The notes below the pieces were generated by a model. The model saw only the letters and a program-made list of their open reading frames with translations. It had not been told where the DNA came from and did no database searches. This document shows, piece by piece, positions 23,990 through 33,200 of a stretch of DNA of 64,000 bases (positions are counted from its first letter, which is position 1; the number at the start of each line of letters is the position of its first letter). Source of the stretch: Vicugna vicugna (taxonomy: Eukaryota); assembly GCA_013265495.1 (NCBI GenBank), contig MU058213.1, positions 5,475,149 through 5,539,148 on the forward strand. The letters run 5' to 3'. The position numbers and the translations under genes are program-made.

Positions 23990-25230
23990 ACACTAATTAC
24001 ACCTTCCCGAGGACTGCGTTGCTCATCAATACTGTAAAAGAAACCCGAGAGCCAGAGAGACCATTCACCAGAACTCTTCCTAGATCTTGCCAATCATTGG
24101 GTGAAAAACGGGTTCTCACCTGCACTTTTGATGGGCATCTCCCCTGCTAGTGAGGGTGACCACGTTTGCACGTACTTGTTAGGGTGGTGGACTTTCCGTG
24201 AAAGGTCCACTCATACACGTCTGCCCGTTTTCCTTTTTGTTTCTCCTGCCTTTTTTCAGAATAATTGGTAATAAGTGTTTGGATATAAGTTAACTGGGCT
24301 CTTTTTTACAGAAACTTTCATCACTTTAAAGATAATACTTTATCTGTTGGTTTTTGGAGGATTATTTTAGTTTTGGTTGTAAAAACCTATGTTTATAGAA
24401 GCATGTCAGGAAGAAAGTAACTGTCTGGTCTGTTTGGACTGCTGTAACAAAAATCCTGTAGGTGGGGAGACTTACGAACAACAGAAATTTGTTTCTCACA
24501 GTTCTGCAGGCTATGAAGTCCAAGAACAAGGACCCGCAGATCTGGTGTCTGTGAGGGCCTGCTTCCTGGTTCCTAGCTCGCTCTCTCTTTGCTGTGTCCT
24601 CACGTGGCGAAAGAGGCAAGGGAATGCTCAGGGGTCCCTCTGCTGAGAGCATTAATCCCATTCATGAGGGCGTCCCCCTCGTGACATAACCACCTCCCAA
24701 AGGCCCCACCTCCAAATACCATCACACTGAGGATCAGGTCCCAACATGTACATCTGGGCAGGGGCCATGTAAACATTCAGTCTGTAGCAGTCACAATCAC
24801 TCAGCTTCTCCACTTAGAGAAATCACTTTGAAAATTTTCACTTTTCCTTGCAGTTTTTCCATGCCGTTTTCATAGTTGAGATAATCCTACATCAGACTTC
24901 ATATATGGTTTTGAATTCTGTCTTTTCATATAACATTATATCCTAAGCATTTCTGCAAGTCATAAAAAGCCTTAATAAACATCATTTAAATGGCTGCCTA
25001 GTAGTTGATCTAACGGATAAACCATTTGATGTCATCCCTTCAGAACTGTCAGATACATGGATCATTTCCAGTTTCTCACTGTTACAAATAATACTATCAG
25101 GTATCCTAGGCAGAGATATCTGTTTGTTTTTCAGATTATTTCCTTAAATACGTTCTCAAGAGTGAAACTGAGTCAAAAGTAAAAACACTTAAAGACCCTT
25201 GTTACAGACCTCAGTTGGTTTTTGAGGAGT
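23990..25230 (-). mobile_element. old L1 (L1ME-like) fragments split by an MLT1 LTR
   Basis: TTGATGGGCATCTCCCCTGCTAGTGAGG, TTTCCAGTTTCTCACTGTTACAAATAAT and TTTCAGATTATTTCCTTA antisense L1 motifs. Confidence 0.6.
24422..24789 (-). mobile_element. MaLR solo LTR (MLT1A type)
   Basis: CTGCTGTAACAAAAATCC...ATTTGTTTCTCACAGTTCTGCAGGCT...CATTAATCCCATTCATGAGGGC...CCTCCCAAAGGCCCCACCTCCAAATACCATCAC. Confidence 0.88.
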
Positions 25231-26485
25231 CATTTATAAACCAATGTTCTACATCCGGAGGGAAAATCATCACACTCAAACTAAGTGCAAGCTTTGGTGG
25301 TTCCCGCCAACGTCTTGGGGTCTCACACGCAATCAAAAACCATTGATGACGCCTACTGCTTGTTTTAGGCACTGGAAGGACGTGGATAACACTGAACAGG
25401 ACCTGCTGTCAAAGAGCAACGTGTCTGAGGGAAAGATGAACAATAACTGATTAGCTATCACATGAGCAAGAGTGAAATAAATCTTCAACAAAATCGTAAG
25501 TCAACATGTGAGGGAGGAAATGGTGAAACAGGGCAGCCAGGAAGATAAGTTACTGCATTACAGTATCAGAAACACCCTAGAGGGCACTGGGACCCGTCAC
25601 ATAATCAATACTGGAAGTTTATGAATGCCCAGCCTGGGATTTGGAACATGGTTTTAGGATTTTACGTAACAACACAGGTTTATGGCTTTTACAACTTTGC
25701 TTTTACGATCTACTGTTGGTCATTGCCAAGGTTTCGTCGATACCAGGTCCCTAGCATGCAGCCTCCACCTCTTTCCTGCAGCGTTTTCTCTGACAGTAGC
25801 CCAATCTGGAGTATGGCCTTGAAGACTGCACTGTGTCTTCAAGGCAAAGATTGTATTACTCGATGGTTTAGGCTACCCTGCTCACCTCAGGGGGGCTCTG
25901 GTGAGTGGAGAGAGACTTGCCAGACTGGTTTCCAGGAAAGCACGCTTTGTCCACTGCGCAGAAGCCGAAGGGACCCCAGACCCTGTGACCCAACCCAAGT
26001 CACGTTAAGCGCAGAATGGTGGAACGGCTCTGGAGTCAGAATCTCTGAACGTGCCTTGTGCTTGCCCCACTGAGCAGCAACTGGATCTGGACAACCTATT
26101 TAAACCTCTCAACCTCTCTTTCTTCAACCATAAAACAGAGCCAAGAGTAATCATGAGAAGACAAGATGTTAATGGATAAGAATGCACTTAAAAGGAGGAT
26201 ATTTGTCTTTGAAATATCAGCATTTTTTATGCTTGAAAAAAGTCTAAACAAATGACTTTCTAGTCCTTCTACTGTGAACAGATTTTGAGGTCCATGGGGG
26301 ATGGGGAGAGAGGGATGGTAGTGCACTGATTTATTCTTTGTTTTTTAAAAGGCATGCCTCAAAGCAATGTGGCCGAAGAGCGATCTTCCTGGCTTTGCTG
26401 TATCACTAGAGAGGCAGATTTTGGCCAGCTAAGAATACACTTTTGTGTGTGCCTGAGGTTGGAGAGCTAAGAGGGGAGTTTTGTA

Positions 26486-26788
26486 CAGGGTACTTGCTTT
26501 ATTGCACTTCACTGCATTTCACAGATACTGTATGTTTTACAAATCAAAGGTTGCGGCAACCCTGTGTTGTTGAATGTTAGCATTCTTTAGCAATAAAATA
26601 TCTTTAATTAAGGTATGTACTTTTTTTGACATAATGTGATTTCATACTTAATAGACTACAGCACAGTGTAAACATAACACTTATATGCACTAGGAAACCA
26701 AAAAGATCCATGTGACTCATTTTATTGGGATATTCACCTTAATCCCATGGTCTAGAACCATACCTTAAATATCTCCAAGATATGCCTG
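26486..26788. mobile_element. Tigger1 internal-deletion derivative (TcMar)
   Basis: TA|CAGGGTACTTGCTTTATTGCAC left end and ATCTCCAAGATATGCCTG|TG right end. Left Tigger1 sequence joins directly to the right end near 26575. Confidence 0.85.
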
Positions 26789-28925
26789 TGGAAGGCTAAG
26801 TGGGACAGTTCCTTTAGGGTTTACAAGTTGTTACCAGGCTCTAGCCCATAACCATGCAGACCTCTGAGCCCTCAAGAACTACCCTCCACTCCATCATCTA
26901 CAAAGGGGGCCCTTGGGAAGCAAATTCTAACATGATGGGTGGGGTTTGGATTTCAGCCAGGATTCTGAACAAATGAAGCTTGAAAGATATTCTAGAAGAA
27001 ATTTTCAGAGAAGTGCTTCCACTTTGGTGAACCTATCAAGAAACCTGCAGAAATGTTGTTTCTCCCAGTTTTGTTGCATGGGGAAAATACACTACTCCTT
27101 TAAGAGCCTACCTGAAAAAAGAAGGAAGTGTTACCTGGATGATTTCGTTAGGCACACTTGGAGGTCAGCTCAAAGACACTACACCTCCATTCAGGGATGC
27201 TCAGAGGAAGGAGAGAAGTGACTAGACCCACTCCCCAATATAGCCACCCACCCCCTCACCAGTCAGCCAGGTAACAGCCCTAGAGAGCAAGAGTGAGGCA
27301 CCATCGACATGCCATCCTCAGTGACACCCCCACATGGACAGGGAGACTGTGTGAGGCTGACAGGGTGCTGCCCAGGAGCTGTTTCCCCTGCTGTCCACCC
27401 ACCCACCTTCCACGCCTGCCTTCAAGGACACTTCCCTGCCCTCAGCGACGTCCCAAGGCATCTGCCTCTTCAAGAGCAAAGCCAGCTCCTCCCTGATGTC
27501 TCCACTGCCTCTCACGCACCGCTGTGCAGTGTCATCCAGCTTTGCTCTCCCCTCTGGCTTCCTTCTCATCACTGTTCCCTAAGGATCCTCTTTCTACCCT
27601 CTGCTCTGAGATTCCCCACACCTGCCTGTGCTTGAAAGAGTGTCCGGGGAATTCTCGGGACATCCTAAATATAACTCAGTTCCTGTTCTGTGAATCCTCA
27701 GCCCCAGCCAGAAACATGCGGAGCCTTGCCTCTGCTCCCCACCCAGGGGAGGTGGTATTTTTAGAGGGACTGTGGAACAGGGAGGGTCAGAAGCTGCTGA
27801 AAGAACAGTTCCACCAAATGAAAACCCTTGCTCAGATGGAAAATAATAATCATAAGAGTCAGAGCTATCATTTTCTGAGACACTTTCCTATTTACCCGTC
27901 ATCTCCTTGACTCCTCAACATCACTCACTCAGGAAGATAAGCAGGTTACTGGCTCTGCTTTGCAGACAAGGAAGACGAAGCCGGGAGAAGCTGAGTAAGC
28001 AGCTACAGCAGAACCCAAAACTGGGGGCCGTGATATTTGAGGCCCCTTCAGCTTCTGGCAGTGGAGCGCGAGTGCTGGTGGGAGCAGGGAGGCTGCTCTG
28101 CCCCTGCTGGGCTCTGGCCACACTCTGGGCCACGCTGCCCAGCAGAGCCTCCTCCACCCAGCTCTCCAGGCAGGCCAAGGAGAACATGATATCCTGAGCA
28201 CAAGGGGGCGGTGGCGTCCTGATGAGAGCTTCCTATCAAGTAAAGCATGGCTGTAACTCACAGCAAACCATAAAGGCAAAGCTGCAAGAGCTGTCAACCT
28301 CCACTGTCACGTGAAGCAGGAGAACCACACTCCAAGGCCTCTACACTGGACATCACATGCGCCCAAGACAAACTCAACCATGGGTCCCCCCACTGTGTCT
28401 CTCACTGCTTCTCCTTGGCAACCTAGGAGGGTTTTGCCATGTGTACTTTGTTCTTTCTTCCAACAAATGGGAAGAACCTGGTCTAGAAAGAACCTGCTGC
28501 CAAAAGCAGACTCAACACATGGGCTGTGTCCGTGTCGAGGGGTTTGCACCACATCCCGATGCCTGGAGGCCCTCTTCTGCAGGATCTGACAGAGGAGGGA
28601 GGCCCCCTGCAGCTCCTCACCTCACCCTGGCTGATGGAGGTGGGATCAGGGCCTGTGAGGCTGTCCCCACCTCACGTGGGTCAGAAGGGGATTTGCTCTT
28701 CACCCCACGGGAGCCAGGGCTTCCACTTTGAGGGTCATCTTACTGGTTTCTTCTGCCCTTCCTAGCCCCAAAGTGGTTCCCTCTCCTAAGAACTGACTTC
28801 TGCTAGGAAAAGAAAGGTGGGTAGAAGACGACCCTGGGATGGTAAGGAGACCCAAATATTACAGTGCTTTTGTGAACAGTGACTTATCTAAGCCTTGGAT
28901 AGCCCTGTGGAGTCAATGGAAAAGC

Positions 28926-29100
28926 TAATGTTAGTATTCATATTCGTGATCCTGTTGGTATTTGTCCTGGATATTCCACTGCTACTTGTATCAATATTCA
29001 TATTTGCATTCACATTTGCATTAATGTTGGTATTTTTATTTCTATTCATATTAGTGGCCATACTCAGATTGGTGTCCGTGTTGATATTGGTATCAGTGCT
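28926..29100. repeat. degenerate 6-bp-period AT-rich repeat (TATTNR/ATATTN-like)
   Basis: GTATTCATATTC, AATATTCATATTTGCATTCACATTTGCATT and GATATTGGTATC show 3/6-nt periodicity. Confidence 0.75.
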
Positions 29101-29924
29101 GGGACTTAATAGGACAAGTGGTGATGTACAGCAGCTGGAAAGTCCAGTGCTGCTGCTTCTGCCTCCCACTCCCCGTGAACACTGGGCATCATTTTGGGCA
29201 GTCAGGACAAGTATAGAGGCTTTTGAGTTCTGTTTAACCTGGGACAGGAATGAGATGGCATTGTGCCCTCCTGGGGCTCTGGGACAGGAGAAATTATACA
29301 AGTAAAGCTTTAAGCACAGCCCCCAAGCCCTATGTGTGAGGGTAGGTTTACAGCCAGGTGGTGGCAAATTATGCTGGAAATGAGGACAGGAGGGCAAATT
29401 CTGAATGACATTAGGGGTTTATTCCAAAAAAAACAAGTCACCACTAAGGTTCTGGGAGCTCTCTGAAGGCCCAGGACCCAGGTCCAGGACTCTTCCCTGT
29501 GCACCACAACATGCACACCACACACACCCCACACACACACACCACACACCTTGCACAAAGCCTCTGGGTCGCCTGCATGTGGTTCTGTTGTCCTGAGAGC
29601 GCTGGCAGAGCAGAGCCAAGCTTGTTAACTTAACCAGAGTAAGTTGAAGGCTTGTTCCACAGATGTCAGCCCCAGGGTGACTGGTAATAGTTGTCATTCA
29701 TGGAGATTGTACACCACCTGAGCACTTCTTTGTGAATGGAAACCAAAGCCTCAGGCTTCCTGAAGCATCAACAGGCCCGCTCTTTCTGGTACCACTTAGC
29801 CTGTGGCCACACCTAAGGTGCAGAGGTCTCCCACGGGTAACAGAGCCCAAGAGCCCGAGTCGCCTTCAGTAGTATCACATGTCCTTCCAGGAGGGGCCAG
29901 CACCTCTCTCCCATCCTTCTTTCA

Positions 29925-30045
29925 TCTCACGTCACACCATGGGAGGACGCAGTATGAGATTTCACATCTTGGGACTTTCCACCGCAGGAGGCCAATACAA
30001 AGCCATGGGTTTCCTCTTATCATGTTATTTCACAACATAAAAGAA
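29925..30045 (+). promoter_or_regulatory. candidate inducible promoter/enhancer cassette
   Basis: TCACGTCA (CRE/ATF-like, 29927), exact kB site GGGACTTTCC (29971), CCAAT (29992), C/EBP-type ATTTCACAA (30027) and TATA-like CATAAAAG (30036) in promoter order. Motif evidence only. Confidence 0.55.
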
Positions 30046-30459
30046 AGCGCCCACCCGGGGAGCCGGAGTCTGAGAGACACGCACAGACTCTTGCATGAGC
30101 ATCCCTTTGATCTGTACAGGCAGCAGAGGGAGACAACTGAGCCACACTGGGGGCCTCGTCCTTTCCACTTGATCAACTTCCCTCCCGCTCTGGGGGCCAT
30201 GATTCTCACATGTGCCTGGAACCAGGTCACCATGTGGGCCAGTGAAATGTACAACTTCCTGAAGCACATTAACAGTCAAGGTCAGGCATCAGAGGTGAAC
30301 CTTCAACATCAGAAATGCAAGCATCTTGTGCTTAGATTTTGCACCACTGGAAAGAACTCTAGACCCTTCCAACTGTAGGATACCCCAGAGCTCATCTAAC
30401 ACCATCATTCCACAGGCGAGGAGATTTAAGGATGTTCCCCCAAGTGTAAGCCCCTGACC

Positions 30460-30600
30460 AGCTGCACCAGAATCTCCTGTGGGCAGATCCCTGAGGTCCA
30501 TCCCTAGATTTGCTGCATCAAGATCTGCAATGGAAAAGCCTAGGAAACTGCATTTTGAATAGACTCTCCAGGAGATCACGTACCTGAGAATGTTCTAGAA
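30460..30600. mobile_element. MER5-type MITE remnant
   Basis: CCAGCTGCACCAGAATCTCCTG...GGAAACTGCATTTTGAATAGACTCTCCAGGAGAT. Confidence 0.6.
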
Positions 30601-31552
30601 GTACAGCTGGTTCATACGGAGACCATAACAACAGTAATAACAACCATGATACTGAGGGAAGGTAGTCTGGGTAGCCCCAGAGACACATCCCCTCCCCACG
30701 AGGAGTTTAGCAGGAGCTGGCTCAGCAGTTCCAAGCAAACCAAGAGAGAACTTCGTATCCCCCGCCACAGAGCCGCCCAGCTTCCCCCTTCCTAACAAGG
30801 CCACTCCCTCAACCCGGAAGCCCACTGACCCACACATGTCCCTTGTCCTCGTCCCTGTAATGAGGCAAGGTCACCCTGTTGATGCTCTTTCCAAGGTATT
30901 AATGGTCCTGCTGGGTCCAGTCCAGACATTCCTCTCATTATACTGGCTCCACAAATACGTATTGAAGGAACTCTGTGCCAGGCACTGTGCTAGGTACCAG
31001 CAATACCATGAAAAAAATGGGCAGGGCATCAAATGTGGGTCTCCATATAAAAGAGGCTGAGAATTGCTCCTCTATTTGCAGATTAGAGATTATGTGGGAA
31101 AAACCTTCAGATTTAGGCAGAAGGATTCGTTCCATCCAGATAGGAGTTGGAAAAGGAAACTCACCTGTCCAGTGTGGCTCTGAAGAGGATACCATGGAAC
31201 ACGCCTTTAAAATGGCCCCCAAAATGTGTTTCTTGACCATCTGCATCACATTAGCCTCACACGGGAAATTGCAGAGGGAATGGCTGCTTGTTTGGAAGCT
31301 CAAAAGTGCCCACTCCTCTGCTGACCTGCCAGCCACGGAGCAGCCTTCTTGAGACACAGGCAAACTCTTACCCAACGTCTTCCCCAAAGTTCAGGTCCAC
31401 CCAGATTTACACATCTGCATGAAGTCCTAAGCCCTAGGCCACCTCGTGGCAGCCCCTACAACACACACACACACACACATCGAGATGACCCAGGGCCCAC
31501 TGCTGTCTCTGTGTCAAAATTACCCCCTTTTTCAGGATGCTAGATATTTTGG

Positions 31553-31692
31553 CTTAGGGTCTACCCTAATGACCTCAATTTAACTTGATTACCTCTGTAA
31601 AGACTCTATTTCCAAATAAGGTCAGTCTGAGGTAATGGGGGTTAGGATTTCCATATATGTTTTTCTGGGGGGACATAACCCAACCTGTAACA
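31553..31692 (-). mobile_element. MLT1 LTR fragment
   Basis: CCCTAATGACCTCAATTTAACTTGATTACCTCTGTAAAGACTCTATTTCCAAATAAGGTC...CAACCTGTAACA. Confidence 0.85.
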
Positions 31693-32523
31693 GTACCCCT
31701 TTCCATCCACTCACTCAGCCTCATTTGATTTCTGAGTCAAGCTGATCCTGCACAGGCCTCTTTCTAATCCAGTTTAATCTCCTAGAATTAGGTATACCCA
31801 GTATGGCCAGTGCTCTTAAAGGTTATCTCCAAGAACCATCTCTGTCTCTGTCCTCTCTGTCCTCAGGAAGGTAAGGCTTTGACAGTGACCTTTCCCTGTC
31901 TCACGAGAGGGACTGGATGACGCCCAGCAGCAGGTCATCACCAAGCTCCCTTTCCCCGGTCTCCGACTCTGGCCACCTGTCCAGCAGACACAGTGTCCGA
32001 CACAAGCACCCTTCACAGGTCTTAGACAGAGGCTTCCGCACCTGCACCCGAGACTCCCTCCTTTGCACGTAGTCGTCTCATATAAATGAGGAAAGCACCT
32101 CTTTGTGAAACTGCCTATCTCCTGCAGCTTAAGTTGGAAGAATGTTTACTTATTTGGCCCCGGGGAATCGTAAACATCTTACAGAGTATGTTAACAGTTA
32201 CTCCCTAACACCACGCATTTTTACTATCTGAAGCTACGGAGTGTTCCCCGTAGGATTCACCTCCAGTGGTTAACAGACTGATGGGCTCTGTTTCCCTTGT
32301 CTCAAGCCTCAGAGGGACAACGGTATTGGTTCTGGTTTGTCCCCTTCAAAAAAAAACAGCATCTCTTGATGTGAAAAAGCCAAGGGACCAGCCACCAGGA
32401 ACAAGCCTCATTGCAAAACTTCTATAAATGCCCAAACAGAAGGAAAGTCAATGACGATAAAAGACAAGACCATCATTAGATTTAGTTTAAGTCAGCGGCT
32501 TCTTTTCTTTTTTCTTGTTTTTT

Positions 32524-32631
32524 AAAGCCTGCAGCACCCGATCCAAGTACTAACCAGGCCTAACCCTGGACCCGGCTTAGCTTCTGAGATCAGCCAAGAT
32601 CAGGTGCGTTCAGGGCGGTACTGCCGTTGAC
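32524..32631 (-). pseudogene. 5S rRNA retropseudogene
   Basis: Reverse complement GTCAACGGCAGTACCGCCCTGAACGCACCTGATCTTGGCTGATCTCAGAAGCTAAGCCGGGTC-CAGGGTT-AGGCCTGGTTAGTACTTGGAT/CGGGTGCTGCAGGCTTT aligns end to end with the 121-nt mammalian 5S rRNA. It has a 7-nt insertion, a 20-nt deletion (5S nt 85-104) and an A-rich tail at about 32503-32523. Confidence 0.95.
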
Positions 32632-32637
32632 TAAACC

Positions 32638-32795
32638 AGTGGTTTCTAACAGCTGGTAAGTGAGCCTGAGTGAACCTGAGAGGCATTTAAAATACAGACA
32701 CCGGGAGCCCACCCCACACCTACCTATTGAAAATCAGAATCTTGGTAGTGAGAGGAGAAACTTCTGCATTTTTAAAGAACTTGAGGGGAACTTAT
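32638..32795. mobile_element. MER5A-type MITE
   Basis: CAGTGGTTTCTAAC...TTAAAATACAGACACCGGGAGCCCACCCC...CTTCTGCATTTTTAAAG. Confidence 0.65.
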
Positions 32796-32859
32796 TACAG
32801 AGTGCTCCCACATCCCACACACGTCTCTGCAGCCCCTGCTTCCCGGTCCCAGCCCTGAT

Positions 32860-33200
32860 GCTCTCAGGCATCCTTCCAGCTCCCGAGGACCCTCACGGCG
32901 TCCCACCTCCAGGCCCGCCCACCCCCGGGCCGCATCACTGCCCTGCTGCTTCCATCTTCCGCCCGCTTCCCGAAGCAGGTGGGCCGCTCGCTGGGCCCCA
33001 GTAGCACCCGTGTCCCCTCTACAGCAGGACTTCCCACACTCACTGTTACCGCTGCGAACCGGTCTGTCTCCCCAGGTAGGCCGCGAACAGACGTAGGACG
33101 TGCTTGTCTTTTGTGCACCGGCCCGGGTCCCGCCTCATCACAACCTTGCTGCCTGCCTCAGCGGCAGATCCTCCCCCTGTGACCACGTGGAAGGCAAGAC
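32860..33200. promoter_or_regulatory. small CpG-rich, GC-box-containing promoter-like island
   Basis: Locally dense CpGs, several CCGCCC/CCCGCC boxes, CCATCTTCCG (YY1/ETS-like), CCACGTGG E-box near 33183, and minus-strand donor GTGAGT at 33043-33038. Confidence 0.55.

Noticed and set aside
29170-29225. WASFWAVRTSIEA resembling IL24 WEAFWAVKDTMQA
   Set aside because: Only a 4-residue identity, no flanking similarity and no IL24 exon structure.
29803-30378. 191-aa ORF spanning the promoter-like cassette
   Set aside because: Starts at GTG upstream of the putative TSS and runs through the TF motifs. Only its last 59 codons are kept as a candidate.
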